From Polymyxa betae A26-41 (taxonomy: Eukaryota > Protista > Endomyxa: Phytomyxea): a stretch of 59,740 bases of DNA. Made by a program: the position numbers and the translations under genes. The DNA lies in NCBI GenBank assembly GCA_003693705.1, contig RBZT01000583.1:1-59740 (forward strand), given 5' to 3'. Of this stretch, positions 1 to 11,575 are shown piece by piece (the first letter of the stretch is position 1; each line of letters opens with the position of its first letter). The notes under the pieces are model-generated. The model had not been told where the DNA came from. It saw nothing but the letters and a program-made list of their open reading frames with translations, and did not search any database.

Positions 1-300
1 ACGAAGATCTGAACCCGTAGATCTGCTACAAAGGCCATGCCAGCATTGTCAGAAAAAGTTTCTGCTGTTCACTCGGATCTGAAATCTGCAATGACCAGTT
101 CATTAGCTCCGATATCACAAAACGTTGAAAATTTACAAACACATTTAAACGATATTCTATCTGGTAGAGCACTTCACTACGTAGTAATAAACGAGTCTGT
201 GATAGTGCTGAGAATCGATTTTGTATTATTTCAGGGAGTCAGGGCCCAAGGTAGTTCCGCAGTCCGTGACGCAACTTCCGGACCTGATCACTTCCGACGG
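1..300 (+). pseudogene. Crypton-like (Ndc10-II family) transposon fragment, frameshifted and truncated
   Basis: EPVDLLQ (frame 2) followed by AMPALSEKVSAVHSDL...LNDILSGRA (frame 1) resembles the post-catalytic linker of Crypton proteins; compare SVLPGVQDKIDQVHKDI in the 26767..28869 ORF. No GCR1_C domain follows. Confidence 0.45.
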
Positions 301-329
301 AATGTCCAAGAGTCTGCCCACAGTCTTTT

Positions 330-1445
330 TAGCGCAGTCGCGCACTTATTGCGACTAACGGAGAAAATATAGATTGATACACCCTTCGGTTTACGCTGGT
401 CAGTCTTGCCTGACAGTGAAATCCGATTCTGGCACGTCAACACGCGATCAACCATAACCGCACAAGATTTTATAAGCTTATTATGGAATCGCCAAAGATT
501 CTTACCCACCATACCATCGTGCTCGATCTCCGCACGCAACATCTCCTGTAATTCACGAGGCCGTGCAGCTCGTACCAGCATCCGGATCAGCTTGATTCGG
601 CCCTCCTCCGATGCGCGCATGCTCGAAAGCTGTTATCGTTGCAGGTTGTCCTCAAACTGCTTGAACTTCTCAGCTCCAGACAGCGGCATTCCTGGAGTAA
701 ATCCTTCTTCAAGATGGTCATGGCAGCTTGGACATGGTTAGCACTGTCGGTCGACTCTTAAGCAAGTTGACGTCCAACGTAGGTACTCGAGATTTTGTCT
801 GTCAGCAAAGAAACCTCCTTGTGTTCATTCAATTCCCAATTCGCGATGCAGCATAATTTGTCCGGATGAAACAGTGCGCGAAGATGTAAGGCTTCAGATC
901 AAAGGTTCCTCGTTTATCAATAAACAGGAAGATGTGTTGTTTGGGGCTTTGGTAATCTTAAGACAGCGGCGACAGTGATGATCTAGGTGACGGTAACGAC
1001 GGGGGCGGAGACAACGAGATTATCAGGGGCTGAGACTTCGATAGTGATTGAGGAGGAGACGATAATAGTAGCGGGGGAGGAGACGACGAACGCGGTGAAG
1101 GCAAAGGCGATGTTATAAGCAGAGTCGGAGAGGGTGATGAGGATGGCGACCTTGGCTGCGGCGGGGTCGAGGTCGGGTGCGCCCGAGACTCTCGAGACGA
1201 CAAGGACAACCGATCGAGAGAAAGGAGTTGATCAGAGTGGCCGCGCTGTGCGGCGCACTTCTCTAGATCTCCCAGGGCTGTCGTGCCTAGGGGCATGACA
1301 GAAGAGGGATTGCATTCCCAGAAGAGATCATCCGATTATAATAATTGTTCGCTTGGACGTACCATGGAATTGCCTTTATACAGCGGCGGTGTCTCCTGGT
1401 TGATTACAAATGCACCGTTGAATAGATTCGGGGCTTGCGGCATCG
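330..1445 (-). mobile_element. Degenerate gag-like (Ty3/Gypsy-type?) remnant with a Ser/Pro low-complexity segment
   Basis: Minus-strand MPQAPNLF...PPLYKG start near 1443; Ser/Pro tract at 958-1296; KLIRMLVRAARPRELQEMLRAEIEH...LWRFHNKL resembles protist retroelement gag. Multiple stops; no pol seen. Confidence 0.25.
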
Positions 1446-2279
1446 TTCGATTATGTTGACTATTTTATTTAATATTGATATCTTATTTTATTTTCTGATA
1501 CTGTACTTAGTTGGAGTAAGGGACTTAAAGGAGAGACGTATGTAGTTCTAAACGGGCCCAAATCGAAAGTACAAACATTGGTTTGTCATCGATCTCGTGA
1601 GAACCTGAACAAGACCACAAAGCTGCAGTATGTGTCAATATTATACGCAATATTTGACTAACCTCCGATCTTAGTGACATATAAGGGCTTGTTTTCGATC
1701 TGATAGAATCATTCGATCTGCATTCATCATTACAATTGTAACACCAACTTCAAAGTAGACTTGCTACAAAGATATCTTTAGCTGCACTTTGCCATTTCAA
1801 GAACTGATATACTATGGAGCAACCTGACGAATATGTCAGACAATGTGGAGAACCAGTCAGCGCAAAATTCGGCAGATATCGGATGTGAACAGCAGCCTGG
1901 TAATTCAGTTGCTGACAACGGGCGAGATTACTTTACCTAGCATACTCCAGTTCGCTCTCAAAGTGATGTTTGATCTTCAGGATATCATCGGACTTGTGAC
2001 TCTGTCATGATTCACTACTTCCGTTCAGCTTCCGAGCTACCTCATGAATCATCTACCATCAATTCCAAGTTCCGGTTGACTCAAGTATCGCGACTCAAAA
2101 CTTCGAACCTTTGCTTTCTCTGTTTATCGAAATACTATCATTCTCGAATCTATTCGATTCTTATTAATTCCTGTTCGCCTGCTTCTCGTAGCCTTCGTTA
2201 ATTTTTCCTCGCCCTGTCCCAGTCCTCACAGACTCTAAGATCTCAATGTGAATCAAAGCTGCACAATCGTATTGCAAAC

Positions 2280-2560
2280 CGATATACCGTCCAGCAATGT
2301 GAAAAATCATCATCCAACGAGTCCAAATCATCGTTTTCGCAGAGCGGGCAGTAAACTTTGATTGTTTAGTACTTTAAACAGATTCCGTCGTCCTCGAACT
2401 CTTCGTGCAGATGTGTAGACTAAGATCGACCAATTTCTTGCCGCATAAACCACATTGTTCTTTTGTCCTGTTTGAACTGTGGGTCTGCTTGTGGCGTTCG
2501 AGCTTGCTTGGAAACTAGAACGCTTTACTGCATCCATTGAAATCGCATATATATATCTCA
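2280..2560 (-). pseudogene. C2H2 zinc-finger pseudogene fragment
   Basis: Own translation: YICDFNGCSKAF*FPSKLERHKQTH-SSNRTKEQCGLCGKKLVDLSLHIC, then YCPLC in another frame. In-frame TAG inside the first finger. Confidence 0.7.
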
Positions 2561-2654
2561 GAGCACGGATCTGAGGTTTTCTCGCGCGATTTCCGTACCG
2601 TTTGATGCTGGCGTCGCAACGATAGGACCAGCACTTGTTAAGGTTAGGGTTATA

Positions 2655-3160
2655 AAGATTCTCATAAGGACCTGATGTCCTCTGGCAGAAGGCCTTGCGA
2701 TAATCTGCCTGGTGGGATCTATAAAAGCCCAGCAAGTGCGGAGTGGAGCGCCCTGCCTGGAAATGGCGTTGCATTACTCTTCAATTTTTTGGTCGCTAAA
2801 GGCTCATTGAAGAATAGAAGGTCGCGATGAGTTTCATTGACTATAGTATCGATGATTCTTGAACACGTCCACGGTGACCTACCGAACGTTTGCGACAGTA
2901 AACAGACGCTTGAGCTTTGCCAGACGACGACATACTAATGATAAGTAATTTAGAACAGGCGCAGCGTCCTGTGAATTAGTTATAATGACATTCGGCAACC
3001 GCAGAGCGGCTTTCAACTGCCGAAGTTCTGGAATAGTGAACCTGAACATAAGCCTAGCGGTTACATCGTCTAAATCTTCATTGAAATAGTTCTTGTAGTT
3101 AATCGTAGTCGGATTACGATGACGTAAGTGTAAGTAGCCGTGCTGCAAAATGTAATTCAT
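2655..3160 (-). mobile_element. PIF/Harbinger (DDE_Tnp_4-type) transposase remnant, frameshifted and 3'-truncated
   Basis: FRFTIPELRQLKAALRLP...LVCRRLA...RLFTVAN (HTH region), then across frameshifts RSPWTCSRII...AISRQGAPLRTCWAFIDPTRQIIARPS, matching the Harbinger CWGFIDGT..IARP first catalytic motif. Confidence 0.75.
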
Positions 3161-5729
3161 GATTTCGAGGAACTCGGATATGTTGGAACCGGTAACAGCG
3201 AAAAATTGAGATAATATAAAGGATTGCCTCTTTTTCCGACATCGCGGGCAACATGGAATCGTACGAGGACCGAGGTATGAATAGCGAAACTCAAACTCAA
3301 AACCGTCCAGTAGAGAACTTTCGGAGCGCTTAAATCCAGAGATTCAGATTCAGATAGCACCCAGCTATAGGGATGTGACGGACTGACGGGTGCCCTTATT
3401 GAGATAAAACTAGACCTTTCGGTACCTTTTCAGTTTCAGATTCAGAATCAATCGTTGCTTTCGGACAAGATTATTAGTCGGTGAAAATAATTTTGTGAAG
3501 CTCTTGCGATCAACGAATAGTTTCAATGGTCTCTCGTTCTTTAGCAAGTAATCAAGCTTATTCAAAGCATCAACTACTGCAAATCAATTCTCGACAATTG
3601 AACAGTTCGATTGAGGTCCACAAAAACCCTAAATTCGTGTCTTTGTTGAGCTACCGGCTTATCTAAATCCGTCATAAAAGCTTGTCTAGCCACTGCAGAG
3701 CTGTTACTTTCATTAGCATCAGTGTATAAGCACTGTGTCTTTCTCTTCATCTGTCCAGTAAATCCACTTGCCCGCGCCTGGTATACAGGGCTGCATTCCC
3801 GAATCCGATTCCGTTAGCCCGAGCTACTTTACCCAGAGCTGGATGCAATTCCATAGTGGCCGAACTGAAATAGACTGTACCCGTTTGATTGGCAGATTGC
3901 TTTATCATATCGGCGCGAAGACGGTTTCTAACTATTTCGACACAAGGCATATTGCATCCAGAGCAACTGAAGGAATTGCTCAGCATCCTCCAGATATTGC
4001 CAACAAATCGATTCCCGTGTCATATTGAATTTAGATTAATTTGCTTGTCCTCTCAAACGCGCCAGTTTTGATTCCCTCTTGCAAAAGTTTTGCTTTAAAC
4101 GCTTGTTTTATACAGTTTAAAAGCAGAGCTTAGAACAGCGAAATACACAACTTTGATACCCGTTATTATTGGGGGGAGAACCACGTCTTTGGCTAAACGC
4201 CCGTCATCAAGAATAGCAGTTTGCATATGTTTAAGGCCATGCTGGTAGATAGTAGACACGCTGTCAGCCTGCTGAAGCTGCAGTTTGGCTTTCAAACGTC
4301 CAGTTCCTGATGCGGGCAAAAAACGTGTTGTTTGTTGTCACGGTTATTCAGTACCGTATGAAATAACACAAATCCCACATGCAACTGGATTAATGAAGGG
4401 TTTGGGATATTGTGGATTGTTTATCAGCAGCAAGGTGAGGATTTTGGACTCCTCTTAAGGTTTGCGATTATTGGAGTTTGCAAATTCATCCCAGATCTGT
4501 CTGTTTCTGCTTTTTGCCAGACGCCAGGGTATTATCAGTTGCCGCTGTCGATGGATTTCTGCCGGCCAACGTTCGACCCGATAGTCATTCAGCATTGTTT
4601 ATTCGTGCAATCAGCTCTCCGATTCTGGCAGTAAAGTTTGCATTAACTGGAATGATGTCGAAAACCGCTCCTATCAGCACCAACTCAAAGTGGTTTATCT
4701 ACTTCAACTTGCAGCAATTACATCAATGACGATGGTGATGGCAACGTTCTGGATTCGGGTCTTCAGCGAGTTCAACGTAAACGATCGTTATCTACACGGC
4801 TGATTGCAGGCAGTTTCGGTGCTGCTGCTGCTGTGCGTTATTCATTTGCCATTGTACATGAAATCACATTCTCATTGTCGTGGACTCTATATTACAGTCG
4901 TCATATTCTATGGTTCCCTGTGATAGATGGATTTTTTAACATTCCTTTTGTTGAGCTTATATTCGGGATTCAATTCCTAGCTAGTGCATTGAGCTTCTTA
5001 TCACATGTACAATCATGTCAGATCCATTAACGCTTATATCGAGCATATGAGCTGGATCGCGTTATATCTCCGTATTTGTACTTTATGTGCAGATAAGCTG
5101 TTGGGACCGGTACGACAGCCTTCTATTCCATTATTTGCCACTCCATCTGGTTGGAAATTAAAGTTGGATTATAACATCTATATCCCATTGTCTCATATGT
5201 ATCGTTCTTTAAACTCAAACGATTCGCCTCACATAACTCACAGACAGTACTGGTTTTGGTGATGCAAATAAATAAAATTTATTATACTATTTGGTAATAG
5301 ATAGGAAGCATACCTGTGTTTTTATCTCTTCATATTTGATACGGGCATAAGCAATTTAAAAACTGAATATTGGTCTATCATACAATTTTCTCTGTATATC
5401 TACGTCCAGTTATTTCATTGATCGTCAATTACGTCCTACATATGTAGCCCTGACCAATCCTTGATGTTAGTTGCAGAATATACTTAAGATTTTCAAAACT
5501 GTATATATTACCATTAATAAATAGAGATTGATGTATCAAAAGGCGTTCTATTATTTGTATAACGGTTACAGTAATGACAATCTTGGTGTCGATATTGTCG
5601 TTTATGCCAAGTTACTTCTTTCCAACAACTGAGCCGTAAGGAATGGAAGCGGATCTAGAGCAATCAGCAATTCAGATGCTGTCCGTCCTCTGTCTGCCGT
5701 CTTGACAACACAACAGATCTTCAAACGCT

Positions 5730-8687
5730 TCAAGTGCTCGATGTTTTCGCTTTCTTAATCTGAGCTTTAAGAATACTCCTCTCTTTATCCCATGCCGCAA
5801 TTTGCGCTTTCATGTAGTTTTGTAAATGAGCTAATTGTGCTTCCAGACGTGCACATTTCATTGCCCAAGCGGCACGTTCTTTCTCCATCTCCGACATCGA
5901 TTTCGGAGAGTCTCGAAGAGTCCTTTCTTCAGCTTCTTTCACCGCGCGAATCTGATCGCGAAGATCACGAACTTCTCGCTCTAGCTCTGAAGAGGAACTT
6001 GCTGGCCGTCGCGGCTGTGCCTGGCGAATAATTGGCTGATCGGCGATCTGCGATCTGATTGCTTCCATCTCTCTCTTGATTGCCGATAAAACTTCTGTAG
6101 CAATTCCTTGAGATCGTTCCATACCACAGAAACTGTGTGCTGTCGTAACCGCTTGTAGTTCTACAGACACCTTCTCACGCGACTTTCCTGAATCTTCAAG
6201 TTCCTTTCGCAACCCAGCCACAATACGACGATGTTCTTCTGCCTGTCGGATCATTTCCTCTTGCGTTTTGGCGGTCTGATTTGCAGCTTGCTGACAGCGC
6301 ATCTTCCATCGCTCGACTTCTTCCATAAATGTATCCTCGTCTTTGGCAACTTCAGCCGCGAGATCATGAAGCTCCTGGTCTGTTAGAGTGTGACATTTGT
6401 CGCGATTCTCTTCGATATCATGAGCCAGATCCCGGTATACACTCGCCAGCTTCCTCAACTGACGAACACAAAGGCGTTCGCGTCGTTTGGCTGCTTCAAT
6501 CTCCTGCCGATGATGTGATTCAATACGATTGTGTTCTTCAGTCAACTGAGTTACAGCGCGCTTGAGTTCGTCATCCGTAACGAGAGTTAAAATCTTGGAA
6601 CGATACTGATCAGTTTGTTGAGCCAAAGCTGAACGAGTTTGTTCTAGTTCACCTTCCAATTGAACATTTCGGTCAGTAGTGGCAGCCAAATCAGCCTCCA
6701 CTGCAGATAACTGTCGTCGTACGCCCTTAAGCTCGTTGGTCAGACGTTCGGCGACTTTTTCTGCGTCCGATTTCGCCATCGACAGTCGTCCGATCTCTTT
6801 CTCGGTCGATTGTCGCAGAGCAGCCGCTTCTGCCTCGGCTTGACGCAGAAAATCGACCTGGGCCCGTTCCAGTACGACCCGTCGCGATTCGAAATCGGTC
6901 TGAGCCTGGCGTAGTTCGATATCTTTCTTGAGCGCCATTAACGAAAGATTCTCGTTTTCCGATTTCAACTGATGTTCAGTCTGTTCCAGAGAAGTGAGAC
7001 GTTCATTCAATGATTGCTTTACATGAAGGGCTTCCTTCAGACTGCCGTCCAATACGTTAATTTGTTCCTGTAATGAGGCCCGTCTATCTTCAAGTTCTTT
7101 CTTCACATTAACCAGAGTTAATAGTTCGAAACCCAATGTCTCATTACGTTGTTTTAGCTCGCTGTTATCTTGTACAGTATGATCATAATTCTGACGAAGT
7201 GTGACATATTCCAAGGCCAACGCTTGCCTTTCAGATTCAGTATTTTCAACCTTCTTATGCAGGTCCCCGACCTCTTGACTCAAGCGCTTTTCACGAGCGC
7301 GTAGTTCAACAGTTTCAGCTTCGGCGGCAAGCACTTTAGTTTCAAGATCGTAGCTCTGTTTGGCCTGAGACTCTTTCAACAGTGATTCTTGCATCTGGGT
7401 GTCAATTAAAGCTTGGGCCACGCGAAGGCGATCTTCCTCGCTGTTGACCAACTCCTCTTGAACCTTCGTCTTTTCTTCCAAAAGCTGCTTGTATTTGTCC
7501 TTGAGCTCGTTAATTGAAGTCGTAATGCGATTCTTAGCGGCTACTGCTGCAGCTCGTGCTTTTTCGGCCACGATGACTTTGGCTTTCTCTTCCAAAATCA
7601 GCGATCGATTGCGATCAGAATCGGCATATGCCTGCTCATTGGGATCGGCTTGCTTTGCACGCAAACCTCTCAATTCCTCAGTCAGTGATGAAATTCGTAA
7701 ACGTAATCGTCGTAAGAGTCCATAATGACGTTCATCATTGGAAACCGGGAATGTTGTAATCACCTGTAATGATTGCACCAAGTTTAAAGTAACCGATGCC
7801 ATACTGACATCACTAATGTCAATCATTAATAATGCTGTGGTTAGAACACCTGAGCTCAGTGAATCACGAAGTAGCATTGTTGTCTTCGATTCATCGAAAT
7901 TCGCAAAATCAGCGCGGTCACGATCGGCCAACGATTTAACAACGTTATTGAAAGCGATCAGTTGGCGATTAGGATTGAGACCTTCCGCTGCGCGTAGCTG
8001 AGCCGGGTCTAAAGCGAGACGATCAAGTGAAGGAAGATCGGCCAAGCACAACCGCGATCGCTGTTGAAAGCCTGAAGGCATCTTTAAGTTCAGATCGATC
8101 ATCAATAATAAAGTAGCACGATCAGACATAGGCCCGTATTCTGTAATATGGCGTGTGCGGCGACCAAGACCTTCACGAATTGATGCTTGGAAATCGTCAC
8201 GACCGGCACATGCAATACGGCGCCCGCCGGTGATAGAGAGTCCCCATTCAGTTTCATCGATAATGAGCTTCGTATCGGTGCTTGAAAACAAATCGCGAAT
8301 CAAATCATCGACGACTTCCACGAATTGTGCATCGATTGTGAACTGGTCGTTACGATCACGAAGCGACCCGATTAGTTCAGTGACAGCGAAGCCGGCAATG
8401 TCCGAAAACGCTTCGGAATGAGGAGTTCGCGATGAGCCGAGAAACAGAATGGTGGAACTGATGCCGTCTAAAAGCGAGCTAACAACGCTGCTGATATCAT
8501 GATCAAATACTTGCTTATTAGTTGAAAACTGATCTTGAATTTGATCGAGATTGTATGATGTGTCCTGTATACCAATACGCCGGTCGCTGACGCTGATTAG
8601 AGCAGATTGAACAGCTCCATCTGGGACATGGATCTTCCCGATACATCGTATTGGTTGACCTTTGGGCCAGTATGACGAAGAAGACAT
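5730..8687 (-). CDS. Degenerate kinesin-like motor domain + CCDC78/DUF4472-like coiled coil, 985 aa, single exon
   Basis: Kinesin fold remnants: LLDGISSTILFLGS, FVEVVDDLIRDL, SRLCLADLPSLDR, ESKTTMLLRDSL. SEEDRLRVAQALIDTQ...SYDLETKVL resembles the CCDC78 N-terminal region. Long coiled coil follows. Confidence 0.75.
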   Translation of the reverse strand: MSSSSYWPKGQPIRCIGKIHVPDGAVQSALISVSDRRIGIQDTSYNLDQIQDQFSTNKQVFDHDISSVVSSLLDGISSTILFLGSSRTPHSEAFSDIAGFAVTELIGSLRDRNDQFTIDAQFVEVVDDLIRDLFSSTDTKLIIDETEWGLSITGGRRIACAGRDDFQASIREGLGRRTRHITEYGPMSDRATLLLMIDLNLKMPSGFQQRSRLCLADLPSLDRLALDPAQLRAAEGLNPNRQLIAFNNVVKSLADRDRADFANFDESKTTMLLRDSLSSGVLTTALLMIDISDVSMASVTLNLVQSLQVITTFPVSNDERHYGLLRRLRLRISSLTEELRGLRAKQADPNEQAYADSDRNRSLILEEKAKVIVAEKARAAAVAAKNRITTSINELKDKYKQLLEEKTKVQEELVNSEEDRLRVAQALIDTQMQESLLKESQAKQSYDLETKVLAAEAETVELRAREKRLSQEVGDLHKKVENTESERQALALEYVTLRQNYDHTVQDNSELKQRNETLGFELLTLVNVKKELEDRRASLQEQINVLDGSLKEALHVKQSLNERLTSLEQTEHQLKSENENLSLMALKKDIELRQAQTDFESRRVVLERAQVDFLRQAEAEAAALRQSTEKEIGRLSMAKSDAEKVAERLTNELKGVRRQLSAVEADLAATTDRNVQLEGELEQTRSALAQQTDQYRSKILTLVTDDELKRAVTQLTEEHNRIESHHRQEIEAAKRRERLCVRQLRKLASVYRDLAHDIEENRDKCHTLTDQELHDLAAEVAKDEDTFMEEVERWKMRCQQAANQTAKTQEEMIRQAEEHRRIVAGLRKELEDSGKSREKVSVELQAVTTAHSFCGMERSQGIATEVLSAIKREMEAIRSQIADQPIIRQAQPRRPASSSSELEREVRDLRDQIRAVKEAEERTLRDSPKSMSEMEKERAAWAMKCARLEAQLAHLQNYMKAQIAAWDKERSILKAQIKKAKTSST

Positions 8688-9502
8688 TCAATACATCAGA
8701 TCGAGAGAGAGTACACTAAACGAGTAATCGGATCATGATCGAGGTCCGCGCTTACACATCTGCCAAAGGCAGAAGAATCGTTCTTGGAAGAACAGCAACT
8801 AAGATGTTTAATATGAAGAGAAAAATATCTCAACGATAACGAAACTTTGTTGAGCTATTCTTGTGGGTCATCGATTATCTTTCCAGGTATATTGACAGCC
8901 GATGCTTGAGTATGACCCATTGGTGCATTCTTTGGCCATTATTTAAAAGATAGTGAAAGCCTCCAAACGGCGGAGCTTAGTATCGGAATACAAATGGCTG
9001 GCTTTGTAATCGTAGGGAGCCATTCGAGACTGCGCTCAGGGAACCGGCCATCAAGACCAGCCTAATGCTGACCCGAAGGAATTGCCAACACTATAAAGAA
9101 TTGGGAAAGAAAGACTGGCCTTTTGACATTCTGTCCAGTATAAAAAAGCAATGAAAAGAGAGTGATTGGTAGTGCTCGAGACATGATTATCCCTGTCATT
9201 TGCAGAAAGTTGCATTTAGCATTCAAGAATAATAGCTTCTTTCAGCAACGACGATTCTCTCTGCAAGTGATGTTTGACTGGATTACATAGTGATAAATGA
9301 GGTCCTTGATTGTTGTTACATTTACTCTTCTAATGTCCTGCTTATGATCCCCTGCATATAGCAACTACAGTACTATGGAGGCAGAAAATTCAATGAGGTT
9401 TGTATGTAGAGGGTTGCGCGGGTCCTGCCACTGCACTCTGACCTGTCTGCCTGCTTGTTTGCAGTCTTTTGCTTCCCTTCAAGTATTCATTCAGCTCGTG
9501 GT

Positions 9503-11160
9503 ATGATAGGCTTGGCTTTAGCTTCTGGTGTCGTCGCCCTGGGCATGGCCTGGGCCATCGGCGCCCAAGATGTATCCAATGCGCTTGGTCTGATGGGATT
9601 TTGACGCGGTTTCTGGCTATTAATGATGAGTTAGGGACGGCAGTCGGATCCAAAGCAATTTCAGTTCAACAAGCCATTGTAATTGGCGCGGTTTGCGAAT
9701 TCGCAGGAGCGCTAATTGGCGGTGATGTTGCCCAGACAATTTCGAAGGGAATCGTCAATCCAGAGCTTACAGGCTCCATGATGATCTATTGTCAGATCAT
9801 GTTCTGCACCTTATTCGGCGCTTTCGTATGGCTTGCGATTGCTACAAAATACGCTCTTCCAGTTTCTACATCTCACAGCCTTGTCGGGTGAGATGATTTC
9901 CTTGCAATAGTTGACAAACTGTTATTTTTCTTTCACACACTGAATCCTGCTTTATTCTCCTTCATCCCTTGTCTTTTTGTGTTGCATAATTTCTTGATCT
10001 TGACTAATTTTGTATTCTTCCAGATCGTTGCTCGGGTTAGGTTTGATAGCGTGTCCTCAGGCACTGAATTCAAATGTTCTCTCCACTGTTATTGCCTCTT
10101 GGTTGGTCTCACCGACTGCTGGTGCTATTATATCCTTTATGATCTTCTACATCATTAATCGATTCATTCTTCAAACTAAATTTCCATTGCGTTCTGCTCG
10201 CAATCTGATCCCATACTTTTGGGGGTTCACTGTTAGTGTTCTTACTGCTTTCTCAACGTTAGCGGGTCCATCAGAATTCAGGTATCAAATTTGCCTGACC
10301 TGCTTTTAGTTTTGATGGTTATCTAGACTGTCACCTCACCTTTCTTTTGCGTGTGCTGTGTTCATGTTTGTGGTTGCTACCGCTGTAGCATCCCGGATGC
10401 CAGATTTGCGTGAAAAGACTACTTTAGATTTAGCTGACGAAGATGATACAACAGAGAAAGCTGAAGCTCTTTTTATTCGCTTAATGATCGTAACGGCGTG
10501 TGTCGTTTCTTTTGCTCATGGTAGTAACGACGGTACCGACCATTTGACAAACACCTAAGTTTCCTACTGACTCGCTGATTCAGTTTCTAACTCGATCGGT
10601 CCATTTGCTGCCATTATCGAAGTGTATCAATCAGGTAGATTTTATCCACCCCTGTTTGCTTGGAATCAGCTAATGATGTTTGCACAGGTTCGACGTCTGC
10701 GAAAGACCCCATTCCTCTATGGATTTTGGTGTTTGGGGGATTCGGCATCGTTCTGGGACTCGCTACCTATGGCTATAAGGTAGGACTCTATTTCCTCTGT
10801 GAATCCCAACTCAAAGGAATAGGTGATGGCGACAATTGGTGAAAAAATCACCAAGTTGACATATTCACGAGGGTTTGCTGCCCAAATCGCTACTGCTTTA
10901 ACTGTCCTTACTGCATCTGTATTGGGATTAAGCGTTTCCACAACCCATTGCTTAATCGGTGCAATTGCTGGTGCGTAGTAATCCCTGGTAAACATTCATA
11001 TTCTGATGGCACTTTAATAGGTTTAGCCATGGTAGAAGGCAATGATAAAGTCAACAAAGGCACTCTGAAGCGAATTGCTGTTTCGTGGGTTGTGACACTA
11101 CCGGCTTCGGCCACATTCTCCTTAATAGTATTCGGCTTTACTAAGGTATCTCCGATATAG
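9503..11160 (+). CDS. PiT/PHO4 (SLC20) family phosphate transporter, multi-exon
   Basis: Spliced motifs AWAIGAQDVSNALGTAVGSKAI, LPVSTSHSLVG, SFAHGSNDVSNSIGP, SRGFAAQ, SVSTTHCLIGA, SWVVTLP. 5' end uncertain (possible upstream exon from 9375). Confidence 0.92.
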
Positions 11161-11575
11161 ATTAATGTTTAAATAATAAAAAAATCATTAATATTCAACT
11201 GGATTTGTCTAGCTCCGGTTGATTGTGGTATTCAACGGTTATTTGGAAATTCAGATTGGACTTGGCAGATTGAGAGCTAGTTAGAACCTCGGGCGATGTT
11301 CGGCATGAGCACTCGCCATGGCTGAAAGAATGGCATCGTCTGCATGCATGAATATACCTACAAGTACCAATTCTTTGGCAGTGGTCACTCTTATTAAAAT
11401 AATAGCAAAAGCTGTGAATATCGTCTAGAGAGCGCCGACTGACAATAGCATCAGAGCGCTTGGCGTGATTGTCATCAAATGATGATCGAGAGCGACCCCT
11501 CGATTCGCTGCGACTGTAACGATCTTTCCTACAATAGGGTTAACATGAAGGTATCGATATTACTAACAGAGCGGT

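Noticed and set aside
2637-2652. GTTAAGGTTAGGGTTA, telomere-like
   Set aside because: Only one perfect TTAGGG unit; too short to call an interstitial telomere. Mentioned only as the Harbinger/zinc-finger junction.
3400-5600. Many short overlapping ORFs
   Set aside because: No recognisable motifs or consistent exon chain; probably decayed sequence.
5792-8421. Plus-strand ORFs inside the kinesin-like gene
   Set aside because: Antisense shadows of a long coiled-coil CDS; the same applies to the minus-strand ORFs within 41783-43805.
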